Shown here in pieces: positions 9,176 to 18,218 of a DNA stretch of 64,000 nucleotides. A model generated the notes under the pieces. That model was not told the origin of the DNA. It worked only from the letters and a program-made list of their open reading frames with translations, and did not search any database. Position 1 is the stretch's first letter. Each line of letters opens with the position of its first letter. The translations under genes and the position numbers were made by a program. This DNA is from a virus (Duplodnaviria; Caudoviricetes). The DNA is taken from the IMG/VR virus record IMGVR_UViG_3300036944_001066, positions 391 to 64,390 of that record; one strand, 5' to 3'.

Positions 9176-11088
9176 GCCGCCACCTTCTGTTCCTGCACCG
9201 CCAGGTGGCCGCAATTGGCCGCCACCAGAGCTTTCGCCACCGGCGGGCACACGCTGTTGCCAACGCAGCTGACCTGCACGGATTTGGAGAACGGCACCCA
9301 CAGCGGCCCGCCATTGCGTCCGGTGCGCGCCGTATCGAAATAACCATCGATCTTGTAATCGGGCGGGAAACCCTGAAGGTTGAACAGTTCGCGCGGCGTC
9401 AGCATCCGCATGCCGATATCGACCACCACGAAGGTCACGCCATCCACCTCAAGCGTCACGAACTCGCGTTCATCCCAAACGCCATGGGCGCGCAGGAAGT
9501 CCGCCACCTGCCGCGCGCGGCCCGCCTGCGCTTCGGTGAAGGGCGGCACGCTGACGGTTGCCGCAACATGCCCGAACCGGTCCCGCGACGTCACGGTGCG
9601 GCAGGACTCGTCCTCACGCCCGCCATCGCCCTTCCCGTAATAGGATTGCAGGTAGGGCATCACCAGCTGGCTCTTGCCCTGCCCGTCCGCCATGATGGTG
9701 GCCGAAGGCTCATCCACGCCATGCCCGGTCGAGGTGCCGAACTGGCGGGCCACATAGGCGGAAACAAGCTGCTGCTGGCTGCCGGATTGCGTAATGGTCG
9801 AGGCCGCCTCGTCGAGTGGCCTGCCGGGGTTCACGCCGCCAATGCGCCTGATGTCATTGTTCGCCTGCGCCATGAAGCCGCAGAAAACCGCGTTCTGGTC
9901 CTTGTCGCTGGCCGTGATCGTCTGCGCCTGCCCATCGATAGGCCGGTTTGCGCCACCCTGCTGCGCATAGGTGAGAACCGGGGCAACAAGCACCTGATGC
10001 GCGCCACCAGCGGTCACCGTATGCGCCTGCTCGTCAACGCTGACATAGGGCTTTTGCGCGTTGCGCATCGTCATCACATGCGGCCCCACAAACGCATGCT
10101 TGACCGCACCTGCGACAATGGTGCCGATAGGCTTGTCGACACTCATGCACCGAGGCGCCTGCCCTTCCCGCTCGCCATAGCCGATCTGCACAAGAAATGG
10201 CCGGTTCGCCTTCAGCACATACCGGTCAAACCCGCGCGCAATCCGCGCATGGCTGTTATCGGCCAGCGGGCGCACAGACCGCAGCTGGTGCTTCTGCCAG
10301 ATCTCGTCCGCCGTATCGAAGATCGACGGGCAGGCAATGCTCCAGTCCAGGTAATCGGCCACGATGGGCCATGCCTGCTTGCGCCCGGCAATTACATCCC
10401 TGTCATCAGGTGCGCCATGGGTTTCCTTCGGCCAGACGATCTTCTGCCCGTCGAAACGGATGATGATGAACAGCCGCTTGCGGATGGTCGGCGCGCCGAA
10501 ATTCCGTCCACGCAGTTCCCGGCTTTCCATGCGCCCGCCAAGCTTGCGAATGGTCTTGCACCATTTCCGGTAGGTTTCGCCCTTCTTGTCCGGATCCGGC
10601 ATCAGGCCGCGTGGCGTCTCGATCAGCGGCCCGTAATCCTTGAACTCTTCCACGTTCTCCATGATGACGACATCCACCTTGCCGCCGCTATTCTGGATGC
10701 GCTCTATCCAGCCGGGAATGATCCAGCAGAGGTCGCGAATGTTGCGCTCCACCGGCTTGCCGCCCTTGGCCTTGGAAAAATGTTTGCAATCGGGAGAGAA
10801 CCAGGCGAGCCCGATATGCTTGCCCCGGAGGTGATCAAGCGGGTCGATCCTGTAGACATTTTCCGAAAGATGGATCGTGTCCGGATGGTTCACCTCATGC
10901 AGGCGCAGCGCCCATTCATTGTGGTTGATGGCATAATCCGGCGAGCGGCCAAGCGCCTGCTCGATGCCGGTTGAAGCCCCGCCGCCGCCGGCAAAACTGT
11001 CGATGATCAGCGGGCGGCCAGCGGGTGCGGCGAGAGCAAGGCCCGCCAGAATGGTACCTGCGAAAAGCGTCGGAATATGCGCGTTCAT
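9172..11088 (-). CDS. DNA (cytosine-5) methyltransferase with repeated variable region
   Basis: FAGGGG (motif I), SPDC (IV), ENV (VI), RKR (VIII), LTPRE..QGFP (IX), GNSV (X). Confidence 0.92.
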   Translation of the reverse strand: MNAHIPTLFAGTILAGLALAAPAGRPLIIDSFAGGGGASTGIEQALGRSPDYAINHNEWALRLHEVNHPDTIHLSENVYRIDPLDHLRGKHIGLAWFSPDCKHFSKAKGGKPVERNIRDLCWIIPGWIERIQNSGGKVDVVIMENVEEFKDYGPLIETPRGLMPDPDKKGETYRKWCKTIRKLGGRMESRELRGRNFGAPTIRKRLFIIIRFDGQKIVWPKETHGAPDDRDVIAGRKQAWPIVADYLDWSIACPSIFDTADEIWQKHQLRSVRPLADNSHARIARGFDRYVLKANRPFLVQIGYGEREGQAPRCMSVDKPIGTIVAGAVKHAFVGPHVMTMRNAQKPYVSVDEQAHTVTAGGAHQVLVAPVLTYAQQGGANRPIDGQAQTITASDKDQNAVFCGFMAQANNDIRRIGGVNPGRPLDEAASTITQSGSQQQLVSAYVARQFGTSTGHGVDEPSATIMADGQGKSQLVMPYLQSYYGKGDGGREDESCRTVTSRDRFGHVAATVSVPPFTEAQAGRARQVADFLRAHGVWDEREFVTLEVDGVTFVVVDIGMRMLTPRELFNLQGFPPDYKIDGYFDTARTGRNGGPLWVPFSKSVQVSCVGNSVCPPVAKALVAANCGHLAVQEQKVAA

Positions 11089-11288
11089 GCTGCCTCTCCT
11101 ACGGCGGGTTTGCTGTACCCCTTGCAATCCGGGCTGAAGGCGAAGCACTGAAAATCGCCGGGACCAAAATTGGGAAGAGGATCGGCGCGAAAGAGCCTTT
11201 CAGAAACCCGTGCCGCGTGCGGATGGTTGGCCGCGTGGAGATCGGAAGGCACCATTCCGGCGAATAGAGAAGGCAATTGCATATTCAT
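11085..11288 (-). CDS. 67-aa protein resembling MTase motifs II-IV
   Basis: LHAANHP...SE..FRADP...FSPDCKGYSK parallels the adjacent MTase; ATGA-coupled to it. Confidence 0.65.
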   Translation of the reverse strand: MNMQLPSLFAGMVPSDLHAANHPHAARVSERLFRADPLPNFGPGDFQCFAFSPDCKGYSKPAVGEAA

Positions 11289-11294
11289 TGCGCA

Positions 11295-11564
11295 TCACGC
11301 CTCCGCTTCGTCGGCAACGATCATGCCGAGTGCTGCCAGATACGTGTCGAGGATCAAATCTTCCTCGGCGCGCTCCTGATCGTCCTTCTTGCGCAACGCG
11401 ATGACGCGCTTCAGGATGGCCGTGTCAAAGCCCATGGATTTGGCTTCGCCATAGACGTCCTTAATGTCGTCGGCGATTGTTTTTTTTTCTTCTTCCAGAC
11501 GCTCGATGCGCTCGACAAAGGCGCGGAGCTGGTCGCGGGCAACGCCATTGGCAGTATCAGTCAT
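11295..11564 (-). CDS. gapR: GapR/DUF2312-family DNA-binding protein
   Basis: [39 protein letters not shown]. Confidence 0.92.
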   Translation of the reverse strand: MTDTANGVARDQLRAFVERIERLEEEKKTIADDIKDVYGEAKSMGFDTAILKRVIALRKKDDQERAEEDLILDTYLAALGMIVADEAEA

Positions 11565-11970
11565 CGTATGTTCCTTCGTTGGGGTGCTGCTGTTTGATCC
11601 GTCGGGCGATCCGGCGGATTTTCTGGTGAGCTTCGTTCTCGCTCATCACGCGAAGGCGCTGGTGCGGCCGAAGGCGCGGCTCAATGACGGTGATGACGCT
11701 GAAATTGTCGGAAACACGGATCCCGAACTGCCGGGTCCATATGTTGCGAAGGCCAAGCTTGATGGCTTGGCAGACAAAGGGTGTCCAGATGACGGCGCGA
11801 ACCTCTTCGATCGACGTGCCGGCCGCCGCGCAATGTGCTGCGGCCTCTTCCTGCCTGTCCTCAAAGGTGCCTTCTGCGGCAACGAAAAGAACACGCTGCA
11901 CGTAGCGTGTCACCGCGTGATAGGTGACGCGCTCCGGCGTGAAATATCCGTCACCGTGGGTGATCTGCAT
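11557..11970 (-). CDS. Hypothetical protein
   Basis: Start at MQITHG; overlapping operon arrangement. Confidence 0.6.
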   Translation of the reverse strand: MQITHGDGYFTPERVTYHAVTRYVQRVLFVAAEGTFEDRQEEAAAHCAAAGTSIEEVRAVIWTPFVCQAIKLGLRNIWTRQFGIRVSDNFSVITVIEPRLRPHQRLRVMSENEAHQKIRRIARRIKQQHPNEGTYDD

Positions 11971-12247
11971 CGCCGGCTCCCCTGCGCCTGGGAAGCGCCA
12001 TGTCATAGGCGTGGACGAGGGCCGAGAGTGCGATGCGTGTGTTCTGCACTTCGTGTGCCGGGCGGGCGCGGGGGCCTTGGCCGAACGTGTTGAGCCACCA
12101 GATCTTGCTCTGGATCTGACCACGTAGGCTGTTGCGGATTGCGTCAACGGACATTTCGCGGGTGCGCGCCTGCGCCATCGCGTCATCCAGTTGCGCCTGT
12201 TCGGCCTTGGAAATGAGCCGCTTGATGCTGTCACTCTGCTGTTTCAT
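11951..12247 (-). CDS. Hypothetical protein
   Basis: 98 aa, ATGA coupling. Confidence 0.6.
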   Translation of the reverse strand: MKQQSDSIKRLISKAEQAQLDDAMAQARTREMSVDAIRNSLRGQIQSKIWWLNTFGQGPRARPAHEVQNTRIALSALVHAYDMALPRRRGAGDADHPR

Positions 12248-12897
12248 CGCGCCACCTGCCGCAGTTTGTCGCGCTCGAGGCGAAGACGCTCGATCTCCTG
12301 ATCAAGCTCCAGTGCGCGTTCCGTCTGCGCAGCGCGCTCCATCCACCCGGCAGGGCGCGTCACAGACGTCTGCAACAGCGCCGGCCCGAAGACGAAGATC
12401 AGCCGCACGAAGTGATCGACGGTCGGCCGCGAACGCCCGATCAGCCAGTTCTCGACCGTGGCCGCCGGAATCCCTGTCTCTGCCTCAACGTTCTGGCAGG
12501 TTGAGCGCGGGTATTCCTGGCGCAGCCAGTCGACGAGGCCGTCTCGGGTGAACGCGGCAAATTTCCCGCAACCTTGCGGGAAGGAAGAGGCAGACCCCCG
12601 CCCGCCCTTTGCGGCATCTTGAAATCGTGGGGTTTCGATCTCGCAGAAGCCGAAAGGGCGAGCGGCGTTGGACGGCAGGGCAATCAGGGGCGTGTTGCGG
12701 ACACGGGGATACCCGATCATGGCCTGCCGGCCAAAGCGCGGAAGAAAGCGCGTAACGCTGCGGCAGAAACGAGAGAGCGCGTCTGCTTTCGCGGGCGGGG
12801 GTGTGAAGGCGCCGGCAACGCAATACGAGGAGGCCGGCTTATCCAGCGGACGAGGACCGCTGAAACTTTGGAGAGGGAGGGAGAACTGGGCGTTCAT
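12244..12897 (-). CDS. HTH protein at the CII-like position
   Basis: VEAETGIPAATVENWL HTH; directly downstream of Cro. Confidence 0.6.
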   Translation of the reverse strand: MNAQFSLPLQSFSGPRPLDKPASSYCVAGAFTPPPAKADALSRFCRSVTRFLPRFGRQAMIGYPRVRNTPLIALPSNAARPFGFCEIETPRFQDAAKGGRGSASSFPQGCGKFAAFTRDGLVDWLRQEYPRSTCQNVEAETGIPAATVENWLIGRSRPTVDHFVRLIFVFGPALLQTSVTRPAGWMERAAQTERALELDQEIERLRLERDKLRQVAR

Positions 12898-13130
12898 GAC
12901 GCCTCCACTGCAAACATATCGGGAGCAAGCTCTTGACGCGGAACGCCAGTAACCTTCTCAACCTCGATGACACGCTCAAGAGGTACCCCGTTGGCCTCCC
13001 AACGGGATACGGTGCTTTTATTCACGGGCGGGTCGAACATCGCGCCAAACATGATTTGGCTCATTCCCCGCTCCCGCCTAAAGCGGATCAAGGGTGTGTC
13101 GACATCGTTGTTGCGGGGCGCTTTCGTCAT
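12894..13130 (-). CDS. Cro-like repressor
   Basis: XRE HTH (SQIMFG...VNKSTVSRWE), IEVEKVTGVPRQELAPD; divergent from CI. Confidence 0.85.
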   Translation of the reverse strand: MTKAPRNNDVDTPLIRFRRERGMSQIMFGAMFDPPVNKSTVSRWEANGVPLERVIEVEKVTGVPRQELAPDMFAVEAS

Positions 13131-13140
13131 GACGCGGAAT

Positions 13141-13233
13141 GTTGCATGAAACGCACCACATGGCAATATACCTTGGTGCATTTCATTCTATCGAACCGTC
13201 GTCGCCCGAATGTTAAGTTGCGCGTATTGCAAC
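13141..13233. promoter_or_regulatory. OR-like operators, 17-bp G(T/G)TGC-N7-GCA(A/C)C
   Basis: GTTGCATGAAACGCACC 13141-13157, GTTGCGCGTATTGCAAC 13217-13233, half site at 13175. Confidence 0.7.
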
Positions 13234-13248
13234 GGCACATTTACCCCA

Positions 13249-13596
13249 ATGAATGAAACAACAAAAAATCACTACATTCCGGAGTGGGCGTCACATCGAC
13301 ACCTTACGCGAGCTGATATTTCCCGTGAGATTGGCGCAGATCGCAGCTTGGTGTCCAGGTGGTTCGCCGGCACCATTCCCTCTGAGAGATGGCTTGAGCC
13401 TCTGGCGAACCTTTTCGGAGTGGAAGTGGCGGCGATATTCCGCCACCCTGACGATGACTGGCTTGCCAAATTTTTCCGCGACAAGACAGAAGAGCAGAAG
13501 GAAGCCGCAATAGAGGTTTTAAAGATATTTTTCCGAGAAAACCCCAAAGAAATTGGCGCCGCTGTCAGTGAAAAGGGCAACAGGAGATTGAAGTGA
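13249..13596 (+). CDS. CI-like XRE repressor without S24 peptidase domain
   Basis: TRADISREIGADRSLVSRWF HTH; divergent from Cro. Confidence 0.8.
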   Translation: MNETTKNHYIPEWASHRHLTRADISREIGADRSLVSRWFAGTIPSERWLEPLANLFGVEVAAIFRHPDDDWLAKFFRDKTEEQKEAAIEVLKIFFRENPKEIGAAVSEKGNRRLK

Positions 13597-14357
13597 TTAC
13601 AAAGATTGCTGCCGTCTTGATTTGTCTCATCGCGGGCACGCCAGCCATGGCGGCAGAAGTATCGCTCTCGGAGTGCCGCCCAGCGGAGTGTTTCCCGTAT
13701 GACGGTTTTCTGGTGCTGCGCGGGGCTATACAGAGCGGTGACGCCGCAGCTGCCGCGCTTGAGTTTTCTGGTCGAAAGACGGAAAATGGCGCGTACCCCC
13801 TGATAATCAACTCGCCCGGAGGCTCGGTGGTGGAGGCTATGACAATCGGGCGCTGGGCGCGCCAAGAGCGACTTTCGGTGTCCGTGACCGGGGAGTGCTT
13901 GAGTGCGTGCGTTTATGTGCTCGCGGGCGGCGTGGCTCGGTGGCCCAATGACAAAGTTGGAATTCACCGCCCATACATTGACGCTGCGTCGGATATTGAG
14001 GCTGGCGAGGAGCTGCGAAGGATTGAAATCCTCTCCGGCGAATATTTCAAAGAAATGAATATCCCCATATCGTTATCAGACGACATGTTTTCCACTCCGC
14101 CAGAAGACATGCATTTTTTGTCGCGCAGCGATCTGCGAAAATATCGCTTAGACCAGGTTGACATGGTGGAGGCAGAAGAAAAGTCGCATCGAGACGCCTC
14201 GCGGCTCGGAATTTCAAGAACCGAGTACAACAAGCGCCTGTCGGCACTGAAGCAGTCTGGAGCCATGGCTGATTGCGAAGAGATGGGAAACGAAAGCAAA
14301 CTAACATGCGTGTTTTCTGCGCTTGCGAATTTCGGGCTCCTTTTCCCAAAAAACTGA
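13593..14357 (+). CDS. Exported ClpP/crotonase-fold protein (COG3904-like), lysogenic cargo
   Basis: Signal peptide; INSPGGSV, CLSAC, VGIHRPY; lower GC. Confidence 0.75.
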   Translation: MITKIAAVLICLIAGTPAMAAEVSLSECRPAECFPYDGFLVLRGAIQSGDAAAAALEFSGRKTENGAYPLIINSPGGSVVEAMTIGRWARQERLSVSVTGECLSACVYVLAGGVARWPNDKVGIHRPYIDAASDIEAGEELRRIEILSGEYFKEMNIPISLSDDMFSTPPEDMHFLSRSDLRKYRLDQVDMVEAEEKSHRDASRLGISRTEYNKRLSALKQSGAMADCEEMGNESKLTCVFSALANFGLLFPKN

Positions 14358-14382
14358 AATATTCCCATAAAAGGTGGAATGC

Positions 14383-14405
14383 AGCCCCGTAGTTGGGGCT
14401 TTTTT
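14383..14405 (+). terminator. Rho-independent terminator
   Basis: AGCCCC-GTAGTT-GGGGCT then a T-run. Confidence 0.8.
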
Positions 14406-14418
14406 ATTTGTGCAAAAT

Positions 14419-14469
14419 GTTGCGTTTCATGCATCATTTTTTCTTTACATCTGGTGCATTTGGTGCAAC
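14419..14469. promoter_or_regulatory. OL-like operators and early promoter region
   Basis: GTTGCGTTTCATGCATC 14419-14435 and GGTGCATTTGGTGCAAC 14453-14469 match the OR consensus. Confidence 0.7.
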
Positions 14470-14593
14470 TATCATTCACACAAACGGCGGCGTGAAACGC
14501 AGTCGTGTGGTAGCGCGCTGGATCACAGCGCTTGAGCCCGGTGAATTTCTTGCGTCGGCGAGACTACCCGGGAAGGTCTAAAAGGGCTGTGTT

Positions 14594-14719
14594 ATGAAAA
14601 TCGCCGCATTTTGCGTAGGCGCGCTCGCGCTTGCTTGCCTGTGCCTGCCTGACAGTTCGATGGCGACGTGCCTGAAGCACGCGAGCCTCGATACCTGCCA
14701 CTACACCATGATCCGGTGA
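14594..14719 (+). CDS. 41-aa secreted/membrane Cys-containing peptide (below the ORF-track cutoff)
   Basis: MKIAAFCVGALALACLCLPDSSMATCLKHASLDTCHYTMIR; RBS AAGGG. Confidence 0.5.
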   Translation: MKIAAFCVGALALACLCLPDSSMATCLKHASLDTCHYTMIR

Positions 14720-14727
14720 GGTGCGCG

Positions 14728-15180
14728 ATGTCCATCGGAGCTTTCACCACCTGCGAATGCGGTAATTTCATGCACCATGGGCGCACATGCTCCCATTGCG
14801 GCAAGCTCGACGGCGACCTGCCTGAAGCAGCCCAGCCATTACGCCCTGATCCCGCTGAGTGCGCTATCACCAAGGCGACATGCGCATTTTGCGGCTGGAC
14901 CGATTATTCGGGAATTTTCGAAGACTGCTGCAGCCGGCCAATGTGCGTCGAGACAAGCGATGTCGCCGAGCCCGAGCCCGACTTTGAGCACGAGTTCGAA
15001 GAAGCCATTGCCAACTTCGAAGACGAGCTTGCGGCAGATGCCGGCAACGAGCCGGCGGCAATCCGCCTCTGGATGCGGGGACAACCGCTCCCGCCCGTCG
15101 GCCGGGCCATCATTGACAATCTCTCCCATGGCAATCGCCTGGCGCTGCTCGCCACGATCTATTCCAGCGAGGCGGCATAA
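14728..15180 (+). CDS. Hypothetical Zn-finger protein
   Basis: CECG, CSHC, CAFC motifs; RBS GAGGTG. Confidence 0.6.
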   Translation: MSIGAFTTCECGNFMHHGRTCSHCGKLDGDLPEAAQPLRPDPAECAITKATCAFCGWTDYSGIFEDCCSRPMCVETSDVAEPEPDFEHEFEEAIANFEDELAADAGNEPAAIRLWMRGQPLPPVGRAIIDNLSHGNRLALLATIYSSEAA

Positions 15181-15770
15181 TGGGCATGTACTCAGATTTT
15201 CCCCGCGTTGCCGGTGACCGGTATTTTACGCCTTTCAGCGCGACACTACCTCTCGCCCCTTTTCTTGCCGGCGTGCGCACGTTTGCGGAGCCGTGCAAGG
15301 GCGATGGGGAACTTGTTGCCCATGTCGAAAGCCACGGGCCGCTCTGCATCCACTCCGGCGACATCGCCGAGGGCGTTGATGCGCTCAACGATCCGGAACT
15401 GGAACAGCTGGTGGTCGATCGCATCATCACCAACCCGCCCTATAAGTGGAAGCTGCTCAAGCCCCTCATTCAGCGCTTTGTCACCATCGCGCCGACGTGG
15501 TTGCTGCTTGAAGATCGCTTTCTATTCGGCGAGCGCTCCGGGCCGTTCATGCGGATCTGCACCGACGTCGTGACGATCGGTCGCGTCAAATGGTTCCCCG
15601 ATACTGAGCACGCCAGCAGGATCAACTACGCCTGGTTCCTTTTCGACCAGGCGAAGTGTGAGCCGACGCGCTTTCATCGCAACCCCTACACCGGCCGGCA
15701 AATGCGTTCGATCGCCGCTGCCCGCACCTCATCCCTGTCAGCAACCAAAGGAGATACACATGCTCGATAG
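15180..15770 (+). CDS. Amino (N6A/N4C) DNA methyltransferase-like protein
   Basis: EPCKGDG SAM motif and IITNPPY. Confidence 0.8.
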   Translation: MGMYSDFPRVAGDRYFTPFSATLPLAPFLAGVRTFAEPCKGDGELVAHVESHGPLCIHSGDIAEGVDALNDPELEQLVVDRIITNPPYKWKLLKPLIQRFVTIAPTWLLLEDRFLFGERSGPFMRICTDVVTIGRVKWFPDTEHASRINYAWFLFDQAKCEPTRFHRNPYTGRQMRSIAAARTSSLSATKGDTHAR

Positions 15771-16176
15771 ACCCATGAAGAAGCGTTCGCAACCCGTTGA
15801 TGTTCATGTTGGAATGCGCATTCGCCAGCGCCGCACACAGTTGGGCATGTCGCAGACGACGATTGCCGAAGGTCTCGGCATCACGTTCCAGCAGATCCAG
15901 AAATACGAGAAGGGCACCAACCGCGTCGGCGCATCACGCCTGCAGGCGATTGCCAACATCTTGAAGGTCGATGCCGCCTATTTCTTCGAAGGCAACCCGG
16001 GCGTTCCCGGTGCAGCACCGGCACCGGAGCCGGAACCCGCAATGAGCTATGCGCTGACAAGCGAAGGCATGGACCTGCTGCGCGCCGTCTCTGCCATCCC
16101 CAACGCGGTCGCGCGCCGGCAGATCATCAACATGGCCAAGACGATTGCCGGCCACACGGACGCGGCCACCGCCTGA
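15760..16176 (+). CDS. XRE-family HTH regulator
   Basis: VDVHVGMRIRQRR..LGMSQ...GITFQQIQKYEKGTNRVGASRL. Confidence 0.9.
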   Translation: MLDRPMKKRSQPVDVHVGMRIRQRRTQLGMSQTTIAEGLGITFQQIQKYEKGTNRVGASRLQAIANILKVDAAYFFEGNPGVPGAAPAPEPEPAMSYALTSEGMDLLRAVSAIPNAVARRQIINMAKTIAGHTDAATA

Positions 16177-16255
16177 AACACCCGCTGCGCTGTCCGCCGG
16201 CCTTTGTGTCGGCGGCATGCGGAACGGATGGTTCCATCTCAACTGGAGAAACAGA

Positions 16256-16684
16256 ATGTTTGCAGCACTCAAGAGCAAGATGACCGGAAGCGTGAACAAG
16301 TTTTCCGGCCGCAAGGATTTCCTCGAGGCGGTATGCGCCTCCTGCGCGCTGATTGCCGCCGCAGACGGCGATATCTCGGATGCGGAAGTGGCACAGACGA
16401 TCAAGGCGATCTCGTCCAACGCGAGCCTGTCGGCCGCATTCAAGGCGCCGGAGATCGAGCGGGTCGCCGACACCATGCTGAAGCGCGCGCAGGGTGGCCG
16501 CGTGGGCCGTGCCGGGCTTTACAAGGAAGTCGAGGACGTCGCCAACGATTCCGAATTGGCTGAAACTGTCCTGCTGTCGGCGCTGGACGTGGCCGACCAT
16601 GGCGGCATCAGCCCGCAGGAAAAGCTGGTGCTCGGCAACATCGCCCAGCGCCTCGGCCTCAACCTCGCAAGCTACGACGTCTGA
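16256..16684 (+). CDS. TerB-family protein
   Basis: FLEAVCASCALIAAADG.I...E; VADHGGISPQE..VL..IA..LGL. Confidence 0.85.
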   Translation: MFAALKSKMTGSVNKFSGRKDFLEAVCASCALIAAADGDISDAEVAQTIKAISSNASLSAAFKAPEIERVADTMLKRAQGGRVGRAGLYKEVEDVANDSELAETVLLSALDVADHGGISPQEKLVLGNIAQRLGLNLASYDV

Positions 16685-16685
16685 C

Positions 16686-16829
16686 ATGGGCGGCAAGATC
16701 ATAGCGGCAGCGTCCGCAGGCATCACCCTTCTCGCGCTTCAGTTCGTCCTCTTCGGCGCGCTGTTCGACATGGCAACAAGTCTCGCCTTGTTCGGGATTG
16801 GTTTTGCCGTCGGCCGCTTCGGCCGCTGA
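16686..16829 (+). CDS. Small 2-TM membrane protein
   Basis: 47-aa hydrophobic ORF immediately after terB-like gene. Confidence 0.55.
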   Translation: MGGKIIAAASAGITLLALQFVLFGALFDMATSLALFGIGFAVGRFGR

Positions 16830-16893
16830 TCGGCTCCGATTTCCCCGGCTGGGCCAGCGGCCGGGGGTTTCCGAACCGATGGAGACAATCTTC

Positions 16894-17208
16894 ATGAACA
16901 ACACCCGCAACTACACCCTGGGGATTATCGGCATGATCCTCATCATCCTCGTGATCATCTACGCGCCAACGCAGGCCAATGCCGCCACGTTCGGCCGCGC
17001 GGCGCAGGCCTGCAGCTATGATGCCGTGCAGTTCTGGCTTGTCGGCATGTCTGGCTGGTGGGCGGCGCTGATCCTCCTCGTCGTCATCGTATTCCGGCTG
17101 ACGTCCGGCAATGGCGCTGGCACGGCGGCACGGAAGCGCATCGACAATCTGTGCCGCCAGAATGAGCGGCTGCGCAAGCGGCTGGATGCCCGGGAGAAGC
17201 GCTCGTGA
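16894..17208 (+). CDS. Membrane protein
   Basis: Two hydrophobic segments, RBS GGAG. Confidence 0.6.
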   Translation: MNNTRNYTLGIIGMILIILVIIYAPTQANAATFGRAAQACSYDAVQFWLVGMSGWWAALILLVVIVFRLTSGNGAGTAARKRIDNLCRQNERLRKRLDAREKRS

Positions 17209-18218
17209 GACAGCCCCTTTCCATTCGAATTCACGACGCAACGATTGGCATATGGCAGGATAATCCGAACGATCCGACGCTGCGCACCGACGTTTATGGC
17301 GAGCTTATCCGCCAGATGCGCGCGCGGGGCTGGTCGGTCCATCAAAATCCTGACGTGCGCCGCAGACACAGCTGCTTGAGCCCCACAAGCCGGCTTGGCG
17401 CTTGGGGTACGCTTCGTTGCGGGATTCGCGTGAACGGCCGAGTTGTCGAAGTCGAGTTTTGGTCAACGACTGCGCCGCAAATCAATCGCCACGGTCGGAA
17501 GTACGATTTCGACAAGTTGCGCCGCATGCATCCCATGGACAAGCGCAGGCTGGAACTGGAATTCCGGCGCATCACCACCTGGCTTGAAACTATCGCACCG
17601 GTCACAGTTACCCGCACTATCGAGCGTGACATGGCGCCAATGGCCCGGATTGAAAAGGACTACGCGGAAAGCTGGCATAAAGACAAGGCGCTGGGTCGTC
17701 CGCACTGGAGGTCTGATTACAACCGCCAAGCCAAGGATGGACTTCTGGAGCAAGGCCAAACGGTCTGGATGGTGGACCGTAAGGGCCGCATTTTCAGGGG
17801 CAAGGCCTTTTATAACCTAAACAATATGTGGTGGGTGATCGCCGGCGGCCAGCTGCATAGCGAAAGCTGCGGGAGCCTTTATCTGTCTCCTCCGCAGGAT
17901 CTGCGCACCAAGCGAAATGAACGCGCGCGCCGTGGCCGGCTGGAAAGTGAACTGGCAACAGCGGTGCAGCGCATGAACTATCTGCGCGCCGAGACCCTGA
18001 AGAAGATCCTGTTTGGCAACGAACAGACATTCATGATCCTCAACCGGCCAGACGGCGCTTTCTACCGCTCGAACTATTCCGGCTACACCACATCGGAAAT
18101 TCACGCTGGCAAATACACACGGGCAGAAGCCGAGGCAGAGTGCAAGCGGGCTCCCGACAAACTTGAAATGGTCTGCCCCGATGGGAGCCGTGTGCGGTTT
18201 GATCGGAGCGCAGCATGA
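17205..18218 (+). CDS. Hypothetical phage protein
   Basis: 337 aa, GTGA overlap. Confidence 0.7.
   Translation: MRQPLSIRIHDATIGIWQDNPNDPTLRTDVYGELIRQMRARGWSVHQNPDVRRRHSCLSPTSRLGAWGTLRCGIRVNGRVVEVEFWSTTAPQINRHGRKYDFDKLRRMHPMDKRRLELEFRRITTWLETIAPVTVTRTIERDMAPMARIEKDYAESWHKDKALGRPHWRSDYNRQAKDGLLEQGQTVWMVDRKGRIFRGKAFYNLNNMWWVIAGGQLHSESCGSLYLSPPQDLRTKRNERARRGRLESELATAVQRMNYLRAETLKKILFGNEQTFMILNRPDGAFYRSNYSGYTTSEIHAGKYTRAEAEAECKRAPDKLEMVCPDGSRVRFDRSAA

Noticed and set aside
9205-10974. 589-aa plus-strand ORF
   Set aside because: Antisense shadow of the C5 MTase caused by high-GC codon bias; no motifs
11480-11488. A9 run in gapR as a slippage or phase-variation site
   Set aside because: Encodes the conserved EKKT segment; frame intact and no supporting evidence
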